From Somniosus microcephalus (lineage: Eukaryota): 64,000 nucleotides of DNA. A program made the translations under genes and the position numbers. The DNA is taken from contig CM126209.1 in NCBI GenBank assembly GCA_052327205.1, forward strand, positions 63,860,001-63,924,000, read 5' to 3'. The notes beneath the pieces were generated by a model. The model had not been told where the DNA came from. It searched no databases and was given only the letters and a program-made list of their open reading frames with translations. Positions 1-13,295 of the stretch are shown in pieces (positions within the stretch are counted from its first letter, which is position 1; every line of letters begins with the position of its first letter).

Positions 1-470
1 TAAAATTAAGGCCTTTTCTGCCAATAGACCCTTATAGGACAATGTTCAATTTTGCGAATCCCACACTTACCAGGAATTTCAGTTATGGACCAAAGTGGAT
101 TCCTGGCTTCATAGACTCAATGACAGGTCCAGTATCATACAAGGTCATGTTGGGAGATGGTAGGGTAGTACGCAGACATGTAGATCAGATACTTCCCAGA
201 CAAGGGGAAATTGAAATGAAGGTTCCAGATGCAATGACTGAAGACAGGGTTGCCCCCAGTTATCGAAGTGCATCTGTGGTGCCACCACCAGGGACAGAGA
301 CAATTCCACAGGAACCTATTCGTCAAGAGGAAACCATCGTTGCAGAGTCAGATACTCTAAGCACTGCTCAGGAGCAGCTGGTGGCTTCACCACAAACAAG
401 CAGGGACTTTACTGTTAGACATTCACAGAGGACTCACAAGCCACCAGAGAGATTGATACTGAACTGTTAG
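1..470 (+). pseudogene. C-terminal end of a Gypsy pol (integrase tail), cut by the window edge
   Basis: ORF 42-470 contains RNFSYGPKWIPG..GPVSYKV...GRVVRRHVDQI and a terminal RHSQRTHKPPERL, typical of Gypsy integrase C-termini. A PPT and LTR follow. Confidence 0.85.
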
Positions 471-571
471 ATTCGTCAAGTATGGAACATGATGAATGGA
501 GACTCCTTATGTGACCCTCAGGAATGGTTGTTTGTTAAGAAATTCATACTGAAATCTTAAGGGGGGAGGGA

Positions 572-804
572 TATAGTAATCTGGGATGTTATGATTAAGG
601 TTATCCACCAGGTGGTGCTGTAGCCAATGCTGCTGCTAAGGTCAGAGGTTTGCTTCCTGTTAAGGTCAGAGGTTTGCTTCCTGTCAAGGTCAGCAAAGGT
701 GCAATGCCTGGAAGCAGGCCTGCCTGGTTGTCTCGCAGTCGTTCAATAAAGTACTCGTCTTAATCCTCATACCTCACCTCTTCGAGTTCCTTGTCTTCAC
801 TACA
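572..804 (+). mobile_element. 3' LTR of a Gypsy element inserted into a CR1 LINE
   Basis: Polypurine tract AAGGGGGGAGGGA at 559-571. LTR ends are TATAGT (probably from TGTAGT) and ACTACA, with AATAAA at 745-750. CR1 ORF2 (SQHGFVRGRSCLTNL) resumes right after 804. Confidence 0.8.
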
Positions 805-2094
805 TGGATTTATCACAGTCAGCATGGCTTTGTTAGGGGGAGATCATGTCTAACCAATTTGATTGAAATTTTCGAGGGGGTGATTAGGTGTGTGGATGAG
901 GGTAGTGCAGTTGATGTAGTCTACATGGACTTCAGTAAGGCTTTTGACAAAGTCCTGCATGGGAGACTGGTCAAGAAGGTAAGAGCCCATGGGATCCAGG
1001 GCAATTTGGCACATTGTATCCAAAATTGGCTTAGTGGCAGGAGGCAGAGGGTGATGGTCGAAGGTTGTTTTTGTGACTGGAAGCCTGTGTCCAGTGGTGT
1101 ACCGCAGGGATCGGTATTGGGTCCCTTGCTGTTTGTAGTGTACATTAATGATTTAGATATGAATGTAGGAGGTATGTTCAGTAAGTTCGCAGATGACACG
1201 AAAATTGGTGGAGTGGTAAATAGCGAGGAGGGAAGCCTCACGCTACAGGACGATATAGATGGGTTGGTCAGATGGGCAGAACAGTGGCAAATGGAATTTA
1301 ACCCTGAAAAGTGTGAGGTGATGCATTTTGGGAGGACTAACAAGGCAAGGGAATACACAATGAATGGTAGGACCCTAGGAAGGACAGGGGATCAGAGGGA
1401 CCTTGGTGTGCATGTACATAGATCCCTGAAGGCAGCAGGACAGGTAGATAAGGTGGTTAAGAAGGCATATGGGATACTTGCCTTCATTAGCCGAGGCATA
1501 GAATATAAGAGCAGGGAGGCTATGATGGAGCTGTACAAAACGCTAGTTAGGCCACAGCTAGAATACTGTGTGCAGTTCTGGTCACCACACTATAGGAAGG
1601 ATGTGATTGCATTAGAGATGGTGCAGAGAAGATTCACCAGGATGTTACCTGGGCTTGAGTGTTTCAGCTATGAAGAGAGACTGGACAGGCTGGGGTTGTT
1701 TTCCTTAGAGCAGAGAAGGCTGAGGGGGGACCTGATTGAGGTGTACAAAATTATGAGGGGCATAGATAGGGTAGATAGAAAGGAACTTTTCCCCTTAGTA
1801 GAGGGGTCAATAGCCAGGGGGCATAGTTTCAAGGTAAGGGGTAGGAGGTTTAGAGGGGATTTGAGAAGAAACTTTTTCACCCAGAGGGTGGTTGGAATCT
1901 GGAACTCACTGCCTGAAAGGTTGGTAGAGGCAGGAACCCTCACAACATTCAAGAAGCATTTAGATGAGCACTTGAAACGCCATAGCATACAAGGCTACGG
2001 ACCAAGTGCTGGAAAATGGGATTAGAATAGATAGGGCTTGATGGCCGGCGCAGACACGATAGGCCTTTCTGTGTTGTATAACTCTATGACTCTA
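805..2094 (+). mobile_element. CR1 LINE, 3' portion with CTCTATGA-type tail
   Basis: RT ORF, short 3' UTR and a microsatellite-like end ACTCTATGACTCTA at 2081-2094. Confidence 0.9.
859..2025 (+). CDS. CR1 ORF2 reverse transcriptase and C-terminal region (partial, open frame)
   Basis: Motifs YMDFSKAFDKV, GVPQGSVLGPLLF, KFADDTK, LVRPQLEYCVQFWSP, RLRGDLIE. Confidence 0.9.
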   Translation: MIEIFEGVIRCVDEGSAVDVVYMDFSKAFDKVLHGRLVKKVRAHGIQGNLAHCIQNWLSGRRQRVMVEGCFCDWKPVSSGVPQGSVLGPLLFVVYINDLDMNVGGMFSKFADDTKIGGVVNSEEGSLTLQDDIDGLVRWAEQWQMEFNPEKCEVMHFGRTNKAREYTMNGRTLGRTGDQRDLGVHVHRSLKAAGQVDKVVKKAYGILAFISRGIEYKSREAMMELYKTLVRPQLEYCVQFWSPHYRKDVIALEMVQRRFTRMLPGLECFSYEERLDRLGLFSLEQRRLRGDLIEVYKIMRGIDRVDRKELFPLVEGSIARGHSFKVRGRRFRGDLRRNFFTQRVVGIWNSLPERLVEAGTLTTFKKHLDEHLKRHSIQGYGPSAGKWD

Positions 2095-2114
2095 AAAACA
2101 CAGATTCTTATATA

Positions 2115-2747
2115 CAGGTAGACTACCTTTTACCCGAACTTCCGAAAACCGAAACCCTCTAAAAACCGAAGGTTTTTTCGTTCAGCGTAAGTCGTGCGCA
2201 CGACATGACCAGAGTGGCGCACGACTTATGCTGAGCAGAGGGTCAGCGTAAGTCATGCGCACGACCCCGACCCCCGCCGACGACCCCCCGCGGACCCCCC
2301 CGCGGACCCCCGCCGACCCCCCCGCCGACCCCGACCCCCCGCCGACCCCCCCGCGGACCCCCCTGCCGACCCCGACTCCCGCCGACCCCCCCGTGGACCC
2401 CCGCCGACCCCGACTCCCGCCGACCCCCCCGCCGACCCCCCCGCCGACCCCCCCGCGGACCCCCACCGACCCCCCCGCCGACCCCGACTCCCGCGGACCC
2501 CCCCGCCGACCCCGACCCCCCGCCGACCCCCCCGCGGACCCCCCTGCCGACCCCGACTCCCGCCGACCCCCCCGTGGACCCCCGCCGACCCCCACCCCCG
2601 ACCCCCCGCCGACCCCACCGCGGACCCCCGCCGACCCCCCCGCCGACAAATTTCCCAGTCTTATAAAATACCTTCCGAAATCCGAAATTTTCCGAAAACC
2701 GAAACACGGCTGGTCCCGAGGTTTTCGGATAAAGGATAGTCTACCTG
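2115..2747 (+). mobile_element. Non-autonomous Tigger/pogo MITE
   Basis: TIRs CAGGTAGACTA...TAGTCTACCTG with TA TSDs at 2113-2114 and 2748-2749. Both ends match the ends of the element at 49730-52676. Confidence 0.93.
2264..2646. repeat. C-rich minisatellite of CCGACCCC / CGGACCCC units (G-tract rich on the minus strand)
   Basis: About 380 bp of C-runs separated by GCCGA, GCGGA or GA. Confidence 0.9.
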
Positions 2748-3559
2748 TAGTATTAACGCGACCACGGAGTTATGAGGCAAGTGGGATAAGCCATTCAAAG
2801 ATTGAAATGATTTCATGTACTGATTTTAAATACATTAATAAATTACACAGGGCATTTCACGTTTCTAGCTAATACATTTTTCATGATGTTGTCAAAAAAA
2901 TGGTGACAGTAATTGCAGCATTCACTTGACTCTACGATGTTGGAATAGAGAAATGTCAGGCAACAGTTTGAGATGCTGCCGCTAAATTGTAACTAGATGT
3001 ACATTAACCATCAGTTATCACCTACGCCTATTCAAGATTCATCAGTGGCCTGACACATTAACTAATATATAATTATACATACTCAACTATCTTTATACTT
3101 TCACAGACATTCAGAAATTTCTCTTCTTAGTAAGTTTTTGATATTGTAGCCATTCATTTGAAATCAAAAGGTGACAATTTTATTGCACAATTAGATAAAG
3201 TATGGTTTATGTGAAAGCAGCGGCAATTGAACGTAGGTCCAATTCTTCCTTCAATTTATTAAACAGAGCTGAGGGAACAAACAGAAACTAAAGGCTCTGG
3301 ATGTAATTATACAAGGCACTTTGTTGCTTATCATTCAATTTCAGCACGACAAGATAATTCCATATAGTTAAGCTGTGTAATCAACGTTTGCCTATCAGTA
3401 TGAGGTTAGCATTTTATGAAATTAAAATAATTTCATTGCAAACATTAAACCTCCAATGTGTTTACACTAATGGTACAAAGGTCACAAAGGTTGTTGGCAT
3501 TGTGACAACTGTTATCAGCAAAATAAACCCAAAGCTGAATAAAATTATTGCCATGAGCT

Positions 3560-3835
3560 TCAGTGTCCTCAGGAATGGTTTCAAGGATGTAATTTCAAGA
3601 CGGATACCTCAGCCATGGTCAGACCACATCTGTAATACTGCATTCAGTTTTGGACACTGGACCTCAGGAAGAATATATTGGCCTTGAAGAGGCTACAATG
3701 CAGATTCACTGGAATTATACCATGGCTTAAAGAGTTAAATTATGAGGAAAGGTTGCATAAACGTTACTTGTATTCCCTAAGTTAAGAAGGTTGAAGGGTG
3801 ATCTAATTGAGGTGTTTAAAATGATAAAAAGGATT
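3560..3835 (+). mobile_element. Degraded CR1 ORF2 3' fragment
   Basis: Broken frames give MVRPHL..CIQF, LQCRFTGII, NYEERLHK, RRLKGDLIEVFKMIK. Confidence 0.7.
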
Positions 3836-6248
3836 CGAGAAAGATTCTGGCCTACGGGCAACATGGGATCGGCTGCCCGTTATACGCAGTGCCTGATATT
3901 CAGCTCCACTGCAGTCAATTTGGATATCAGGCGCTGCGTATAACAGCCATTCAGCACCACCGCCCGAGATGAATTTCTAGACCTTTAGATGTTGTTAAGA
4001 TGAACTGTGCTTAAAAATGACCAGATCATTGATATCAATAAGGATAATCCAAGAAAATATTGTTGTGTTTTATGATAAGATCTTTATAATGAGGAAAAAA
4101 GTTAGCTTTAAGTGGTCTATTTTAAAGCATAGTGTATTCTAATCATAATTGGTGCTCTTGTGTGTTCATATGCTGTAAAATAAAGCAGCTTAACAACTTG
4201 TATGTGGTCTTGTCTTATCAAGTGCTTTCTCAGTCTGCCATCAGAGAGATTGAAGAAGCTATGAAAGACATGAATGTCCACTTACGATCACATGGGGATA
4301 TTGTTGTTACACTCCTGGATTATGTAACTGTATAGTTAGATATTTTGCAGTATAGGAACACCTCTAAATGTAAGACACTCAGGCTGGAATTTTCCTTACC
4401 TTGGCGGGTCCGGTGCGGGCGGTGTCCGTGGTGGGTCACGACCCCACTGCTGGCTCCATCCCACTGTAGAAAACGAACTTACATTAATGGGGCCTATTAA
4501 GCCCGCCCAGCGCGTTACCCAGCCCAATGAGATGGAGCGGGCCTGGTGATGTCATTCATGACACATTTTAAGCCAGGATCCTTAAAGGGACTATGGCCAC
4601 CTTAAATTTTAAGTTTAATCTAACACAGTGGGTATTGAATCTTTACTGTACAATAATATAATAAAAGTTATATATGAGTGACAAAGAAATATTTAAATAA
4701 TATCATTTTAAGTGATATGACACCATCTACAAATACGATCAAGAACATAATTTAAAAAGTACATTAATTGGGAAGTTGTTGGTGCTTTAGTCACAGATCT
4801 ATAGACTTATGTAGCAGTAACTGGTACAAATAAATGATGTGTGTGTATAGGTAAGACATAAAATTAAGCAGATTTTAAATGTAATTGTAAAGGGGTGTAT
4901 TTACAATTTTATGCAAGTTCAGCGGAAGTGCTGTGGAATCCCTGACAAACAGTGTAAGTGGTGCTTACAATGTGTTTCTGGGATTTCTCCACTCTTCCAT
5001 TGAAGTTAACAATGGACAAGCGAGAGAACCTCTGCAGAAATTCACCCTAAAGTCTCAGACTGAAAAATTAAATTAGTTATATTCAGGGACTGAAAGCAAA
5101 TTGAACCAGTGGAATGAGTGATGTGAATGAAATTATTACAGTTGATGACTTGATTTAATGTGTAACTGGACAATCACAGTATACTGTGAGAAAAACCTGA
5201 CCAGAAACAATACAAAAATGTATTTAAATTATATATGTCATTTTTTATAGTGCAGATCAATTCACTACAATTACTGTTGAGTTGGAAGGCAACAGCCGAG
5301 AATAGCCAGTGAAAAATGTATTTCCCTCACCATTTACATCCCTTCAGGAATTTCTGAATGAATATTTACCAGTAGCTTTTCAAGTAGAACAGAATCTCAA
5401 TCAATCTGTTAGCTGATGTAATCAACATGTTTTTATTTTGGTTTGTTTTCCATGCTGTCCAGTAATCAGCTGGAGCAATGGCCACGGAACTCACGCCTCA
5501 GGTTGACGGAAGTGGTTCCTGAGCTGCATGAATCCCGTGGCTCACTACCACCATGGAAAATTCAGCCCTCAGTCTGCTTGGAGGAGTAACTGGCACCGAT
5601 GTAACTGAGAACATCGACTGAAAGACGCTAAACTTGTAATACTGCTGTTAAGAGTTTTGAATTTATTTTTGTAAGATCTTTCTTGTGGCCAATTTATAGA
5701 TTGGTTTTTATCCTAAGAAGCTTATTAACCTTTTGGTGGAATTTTAAACTCCCCACCTAGCAGAAAACAGGCAGCGGGGCAGTTAAAATAAGGGCAGAAA
5801 CCTACCCCTAGGATCCCTCTGGATTTTAGCCTGTTGGGAGTTTTAGAATTAGTTCTTCAGTATAAATTTTTTAAACCATGATCTATTCGCATTTCAAACA
5901 TTATTTACTGTCTGTTTCTGATTTTGTTTCTGCTCTTTAGCCCCAGATGCCTCTCTCCTGCACCCACCTTGTCGAGAGGGTTTGCAGGTGACCTGCACCA
6001 TAAGGAGGTGTGTAAGATCGGTGTAGCTTGACGTGCCCACGGCTATTCCTCGTTCCTGTGGGGAGTCTCGTATCTCATTGCTTTGTGATGCAGAACATTT
6101 AAAACTGCTTTGCTGCAGTGTAAGTAGCCGCACCGTTTGTGGTAGTACAAGCACCTCATGATGCCTTGCTGCAAAGCTGTTCCTACTGCAATACATATTA
6201 TTGCTTGGTCAAAATGGACATTGTCACATCATAACATATGTACACAAT

Positions 6249-8684
6249 GGCCCAGAATTTATAGGAACATAGGAACAGAAGTAGGCCATTCAGCCCCTCG
6301 AGCCTGTTCCGCCATTCAATGAGATCAGGGCTGATCTGTGGCCTAACTCCATATACCCGCCTTTGCCCCATATCCCTTAATACTTTTTGTTAAGAAAATC
6401 TATCAATCTCCGATTTAAAATTAACAATTGATCTAGCATCAATTGCCGTTTGCGGAAGAGAGTTACAAACTGCTACCACCCTTTGTATGTAGAAGTGTTT
6501 CCTAATTTCACTCCTGAAAGGTTCGTCTCTAATTTTTAGACTATGCCCCCTAGTCCTAGAATACCCAACCAGCGGAAATAGTTTCTCTCTATCTACCCTA
6601 TCTGTTCCCCTTAATATCTTGAAAACTTCGATCAGATCACCCCTTAACCTTCTAAAGAGGGAATACAACCCTAATTTGTGTAACCTATCCTTGTAACTTA
6701 ACGCTTGAAGTCCAGGTATCATTCTGGTAAACCTACACTGCACTCCCTCCAAGGCCAATATATCCTTCCTAAGGAGTGGTGCCCAGAACTGCTCACAGTA
6801 CTCCAGGTGTCGTTTAACCAGGTTTTGTGTAGCTGCAGCATAACTTCTACCCCCTTGTATTCTAGTCCTCTAGATATAAAGGCCAGCATTCTATTAGTCT
6901 TTTTGATTATTTTCTGTACCTGTTCATGATATTTAATGATCTATGTACCTGGATCCCCAAGTCTCTTTGGACCTTCATTGTTTTTAGCTTTTCACCATTT
7001 AGAAAGTACCCTGTTCTATCCTTTTTAGATCCAAAGTGGATGACCACATTTGCCTACATTGAAAACCATTTGCCACAGTTTTGCCCATTCACTTAATCTG
7101 TCGGTATCCCTTTGTAATTTTATGCTTTCATCTACACTGCCTACAATGCCGCCTATCTTTGTGTCATTGGCAAATTTGGATATTTGACTTTCTATGCCAT
7201 CATCTAAGTCATTAATAAATACTGTGAATAGTTGAGGCCCCAACACAAATTCCTGCAGGACATCACTAGTCACATCCTGCCAATTTGATTATCTACCCAT
7301 TATCCCTACTGCTTGTCTCCTGCCGCTCAGCCAATTTCCTAACCAGGTCAATAATTTGCCCTCAATTCTGTGGGCTTCTATCTTAGTTAACAATCTCTTA
7401 TGTGGGACTTTATCAAATGCCTTCTGGAAGTCCATATAAATAACTTCCATAGACATTCCTCTGTCCACTACTTTAGTCACCTCCTCAAAAACTTCAATCG
7501 GGTTTGTCAGGCATGACCTACCTTTCACAAATCCATGCTGGCTCTCTGATCAACAAAAGTTTTTGAGGTGTTCAGTCACCCTATCCTTAATTATAGACTC
7601 TAGCAATTTCCTGACAACAGATGTTAGGCTAACTGGTCTATAATTCCCTGGTTTCCCTCTCTCACCATTCTTAAATAGCGGAGTGACATGCGCAATTTTC
7701 CAATCTAAAGGAACGGTTCCTGAATCAAGAGAACTTTGAAAGATTATAGTTAGGGCATTTGCAATGTGCTCACCTACTTCCTTTAAAACCCTGGGATGGA
7801 AACCATCTGATCCTGGGGATTTTTCACTCTTTAGTGCCATTATTTTCTTCATTACTGTTATTTTACTTACGTTAATTTCATTGAGTCCCTGTCCCCGATT
7901 CAATATTAGTTTCCTTGGAATTTCTGGCATGCTATTCTCTTCCTGGGGAAATAAACAGTGAGTTTAACGCACATGCTGTTATAAGTGTCTAAATTGTCAA
8001 GCAATTTGTGGTGAGTAAGAGATACCCCGTGAATTGTGAATCGTCACAAGTTGATGGATGATTTGCACTGCTCTGTCGTTAGCCTTGCAAAAACGTCAGC
8101 TCGCCCTCAACCTCCAAGTCAGTTTCATGAAATTGCTGGATTTGCGCTGTAAATAGGAATTAAACTTGCCACAGAAAGTTAGGGCTGGTACTTAACAGTG
8201 TAAGGACCGTTTGATGACGAGCTTTATGTTCCTGCAGTGCCACTCAACCTCTCCAGCCTAGAAAGGGAATAATTGAAACTGTGTAGTCTCATTCCTGCAG
8301 GTTGTAAATTGTTCTTAGAAATATTTAAAATTTAAATTTTTTAATTTTTTTTCTTACTTTTCCTTTCTGTCTCTTTTGTCTCTCTCTTAATCCAATATTT
8401 CTTTTCCTCTCTTTATTTCTTTCTGTACCTAATTTGTCTCTAATTCACCCTATTTCCTTGGCCATTCCTCTGTTTCTTTCTCTATCCTTCAATCTCATTG
8501 ATTAAGGAGATAGACTATAGGTCCCGTTATTCACCAAGGTCCCAGATGCCCCCCCGTTCACCCCGTTATCAGCTTGCACTTCCAGCACTTTGCGGCGCAA
8601 ACATTTTTCAAGCTGAAGGTCGAGGGGAAAAGTCTAACTAACGGGGCATGCCGCAAGATGCCCCACTCTAGCAAATTCCAGGCC
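6249..8684. mobile_element. Old Harbinger-type MITE interrupted by a CR1 insertion
   Basis: Ends GGCCCAGAATTT (6249) and AAATTCCAGGCC (8684), both flanked by AAT. CR1 occupies about 6261-7945. Confidence 0.55.
6261..7945 (-). mobile_element. 5'-truncated CR1 LINE with frameshifted RT
   Basis: ORF pieces KSPGSDGFHPRVLKE, NYRPVSLTS, YMDFQKAFDKV, RRLRGDLIE; ATAGGAAC tail at 6261. Confidence 0.9.
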
Positions 8685-11600
8685 AATTTGTTGTAAATAT
8701 ACACCTCATGATACAAATAATGATTTACTAAGTTTTACATATGCATAACTTTCAAGGATTGCAGAGTCCTGTCAGAGGTATTCTAATTGTAATTCTATTC
8801 TATAAATGAAATATTTTAAAATGAGTCTGTCTGGTAGCTGGAACACATCACCCACTTACTAATGCTAAGCAATTCTCCACATCAGTAGCTGAGCTGAAGT
8901 TTTCATGTTCAGTATCAATAGTAAACTTGATGACACTAATGTATTGGCAGGAGGACTGATCATCCAAGTCACAAATATCCACCTTCCCCCATTAGCTGGA
9001 CTGACTTTATATTTGCATAAAGTACTTTCTCACATGGCAGAAGTTGTTATTTGGATGAGTCTGTCTGTAACATTATGCAGACACCACAGGCCACTTCACT
9101 GAATTAACCACAGTATTTAGCTGAACATCTAATGTAAATAGCTTGCTGTTTCAATATGTTCTTTTAATTCAAACTCCTAATTAAGCCATAATTATGATAA
9201 AACCCCCTGAAAATGTACCTAATGCAGATCATTGCTGCCGTTCTGTTCCTCCTAAGTACCAACACATTATCCTCGCACTCATCCATGTCCCTCCCATATT
9301 CAATAGCTTAGATTTTCCTGCTTGGGTGAAACTCACCCACCAAGAAACAGGCTGACCCGGCCAGGTTCCCATGGTCAGCCACATTTGCATAACGCCAGCA
9401 AGCTCTCGGCAGAGGAGACTCCAGTCATTGCAAGATCACCATTTAGGGGGCAGAAACTTACATGTTACTGTAGGAATTTGAAGGTCTGCAGCAGCTTAAA
9501 GTGGCAGCACACCCAAAACTGTAAATTGCAGAAAGCGCCACAACAGAAAGATGTCCAAGAGATCATGAAAGCTCTCTGTTTGAAGTCATATAGAGCCATA
9601 GAGTCATAATGGCACAGAAGGAGGCCATTCGGCCCATTGAGTCTGTGCCGGCTCTCTAGAGCAATCCAGTCAGACCCATTCCCCCGCTCTATCCGCGTAG
9701 CCCTGCAAGTTTATTTCCCTCAAGTGCCTATCCAGTCTCCCCTTGAAAACATTGAGTGTCACCACTTCCATCAGCAGCGAATTCCAGGTCCTCACCACTT
9801 GCTGTGTAAAAATTTTTTTCCTCACATCCCCCTGTATCTCTTGCCCATAACCTTAAATCTGTGTCCCCTAGTCCTTGTACCATCAACTAGTGGGAACAGC
9901 CTTTCCCCGTCTAGCCTATCCAAACCCGTCATAACCTTGTACACCTCTATCAAATCACTCCTTAACCTCCTTTGCTCTAATGATAACAAATCCAGCTTCT
10001 CCAACCTATCCTTGTAGCTAAGATCCCTCATCGTTGGAACCATTCTGGTAAATCTCCTCTGCACCCCCTCAAGGGCCTTCACATCTTCCCTAAAGTGTGG
10101 TGACCAGAACTGGATGCAATACTCCAGTTATGGCCTAACCAGCGCTTTATATAGGTTCAGCATAACGTCCCTACTTTTGTAGTCAATACCTCTATTTATG
10201 AAGACCAAGATCCCATATGCTTTGCTAACCACTCTCTCAATATGTCCTGCCACCTTCAGGGACCTATGCACATTAACTCCGACATCCCTCTGTCCCTGTA
10301 CACTCTTTAAAACTGTGCCATTATGTGTATATTGCCTCTCCCTGTTCCTTCTGCCAAAATGCATCACCTCACACTTCTCTGTATTAAATTCCATCTGCTG
10401 CTTGTCTGCCCATTCTGCTAGCCTTTCTATATCCTGTTGCAGTCGATTTGTATCAACCTCACTGTTTGCCACACCTCCAAGTTTGGTGTCATTGGCAAAT
10501 TTTGAAATTCTATTCTGTATTCCAATATCCAGGTCATTTATATATATCAAAAAAAGCAGTGGCCCCAGCACTGACCCTTGGAGAACACCACTGTCTACCA
10601 TCCTCCAGTGTGAAAAACAGCCATTTACCACAACTCGCTGTTTTCTGTCCTTAAACCAATTCCTTATCCAAGCTGCCACTGACCCACTTATTCCATGAGC
10701 CTCAATTTTGCTAACCAGTCTTCTATGTGGTACTTTGTCAAACGTCTTCTGAAAATCCATGTAGACAACATCCATTGCATTCCCTTCATCAATCCTCCCT
10801 GTTACTTCATCAAAAAATTCAATTAGATTAGTCAAACATGATCTGCCTTGTACAAATCCATGTTGGCTCTCCTTAATTAGCTTAAACCTCTCCAAGTGCC
10901 CGTTAATTTTTTCCTTGATTATTGTTTCTAAAACTTTACCCACCACTTATATTAACTGACCAATCTGTAGTTACTAGGATTGTCCTTACACCCTTTCTTG
11001 AACAATGGTGTCACATTTGCCACTTTCCAATCCTCAGGCACCTCCCCCGCATCTAGGGAAGATTGGAAAATTATGGCAAGCACTTCCGTTATCTCCTCCC
11101 CAAATTCCCTAAGCAACCTGGGATGCAAGCCATCTGGACCAGTCGACTTGTCCATTCTAAGCATACCCAGCCTTTCGAGTACATCCTGTCTATCAATTTT
11201 CACCCCTTCCACTGCTTCTACCTTTTCCACTTCTACCGATATTTTGTCAGCATCCACCTCCGTAGTAAACACAGATACAAAGCACTCATTGAGTATTCTA
11301 GCCTTGCCCTGCACCTCTAAGCATATATCACCTTCTTTGTTGCTAATAGGCCCCACCCCACCTCTTACAACCCGCTTACTGTTTACATGCCGGTAGAAGA
11401 TTTTTGGGTTCCTTTTTATGTTAACCGCCATTCTACTCTCATATTCTCTCTTTGCCAATCTTATTTTCATCTTCACATCCCCTCTCAACTTATTATATTT
11501 GGCCTGGTTCTCCCTTGAAGAATTCACCTGACATGCATCATACAGCCTCATTTTTTTGTTTCATCATCTTCTCTATCTCCCTCGTCATCCAAGGAGCCCT

Positions 11601-12313
11601 TGCTTTGGTTCCCTTACCTTTCCCTCTTGTTGGAATGTACCCAGCCTGTACTTGGAACATCTCCTCCTTAAAGATCACCCATTGTTCCATTACAGTTTTT
11701 CCTGTCAGTCTTTGGTTCCATTTTACCCTGGCTAGATCCTTTCATATCCCATTGAAGTTAGCCCTATTCCAGATTAGAAGTTCCACTCTAGATTGCTCCT
11801 TGCTCCTCTCCATTGCTAATCTAAATCTTATGATACGATGATCACTTGTACCCAAGTGTTCTCCCACAGACACTTCGTCGACCTGGCCCACCTCATTCCC
11901 CAGCATCAGATCCAGCAATGCCTCCTTCCTAGTTGGGTCAAGAACATACTAGTCAAGGAAATTCTCCTGAACACATTTCAGAAATTCCTGCCCCTCCTTT
12001 CCCTATACCCTAGCATTATCCCAATCGATATTTGGGTAATTAAAGTCCCCCAATATCACCACTCTATAGCTCTTGCATATCTCTGCGATTTCCCTGCAGA
12101 TTTGCTCCTCTACCTCCCTCTCAGTATTTGGAGGCCTGTAGAATGCCCCCAATAGCGTGATCATACCCCTTTTGCTCCTCAACTCTAACCAAATGGACTC
12201 TGTCCTTGTCCCCTCAAGAACATCCTCCCTTTCCACTACAATGTCTTCCTTAATCAGCACTGCCACCCCACCTCCCTTTTTTCCTTCCCTATCTTTTCCC
12301 AACACTTTGTACC

Positions 12314-13262
12314 TGATGTAAGAAAAAGGAGACTTACCATCAAGTAACTTTAAAGTAAGCTTTAAGTAACTTATAAACACACTGGCCTAGAAATTGAGTT
12401 TTGGCGCAGCCAGGGCTTTAGCGCCGGAAGTTAGTGCCGGAGCTAAGTCGCGCTGGTCGGGCCCAAAATTCAATAGTTCTGCGCCCAAACGGCTGCCAGC
12501 GCTGCTGAGAGCTGTTTGCGCCTGAAAACTGGCGCAACGCGCTGAATTTCGGCGCTATTCCGGCGCTGCGGCGCCCGCTGCGGTGCGGCAGGTTCGGGAA
12601 GTGCAGGCCTCCTCCTTCCCTTAAGGAGGAGCTGCCTGCACCCGGCCGCGGCCCGCGAAAATCTTTTTAAAAATGAGCCCGGCACCTCGGACAAGTGCCG
12701 GGCTTGCTTCTGTTCCGGGGGGGGGGGGGGGAAGTCCGGGGAGGGAGCTGCGGCCAGGCGGCCGGCGGGAAAGCGGCCGGCCGCCGCGGGGCCTTTAATG
12801 CGCCGGCGCAAAGTCATGTAAGACTCTGTTGCCAGAGTCTTAGTTGCGGCTGCCACGGGCGAGGCGGCCGCAACTGAATTTCGGCGCTGGGGCCCGTCGG
12901 CATGGCAACCGGGACGCTGCGCACACCGATGACGTCATCGGTGCCGGCGCAGCGCTACCGGTCTACCGCGGCGGAAGGGCCCCAGGCAATTTCGGCGCCG
13001 GCGCCAATTGCAGCGCTAGGCCCTCTAGCGCCGCAAAATCGGCGCTAAGGGCACTGAATTTCTAGCCCACTATATACAAGAGAGGTCTTTACCATGCCTC
13101 TGGTAGAAGCCTCTTACAATACTGAACAGACCAGTATTTATACCAGTCCAACAGGAAGTGACATATGACAGGAAGTGAGGTATGTACACAGTTCATAGTT
13201 CATAGTTCACAGTTCACAGGAAGTGATGACATAACTTCCCGGAAGTTATTATTTTTATCACA
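12314..13262 (-). repeat. 3' LTR (261 bp once the MITE and one TSD copy are removed)
   Basis: Matches 17993-18253 with no difference seen by eye, apart from the 685-bp MITE and duplicated ACT. Confidence 0.95.
12384..13068 (+). mobile_element. Harbinger MITE copy 1 (685 bp) inside the 3' LTR
   Basis: TIR GGCCTAGAAATT...AATTTCTAGCCC. The ACT TSD is confirmed by the empty site in the 5' LTR (AAACAC-ACT-ATATAC). Confidence 0.95.
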
Positions 13263-13295
13263 TTCTTCCCTCCTGCAGGATTAGGAGGCTGTGGT

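Noticed and set aside
2182-2872. Gly-rich and Pro-rich ORFs in several frames
   Set aside because: They are artefacts of the stop-free GC minisatellite inside the Tigger MITE.
12470-13065. ORFs within the GC-rich MITEs (also 17381-17842 and 45340-45914)
   Set aside because: No recognisable domain, and frames differ between near-identical copies.
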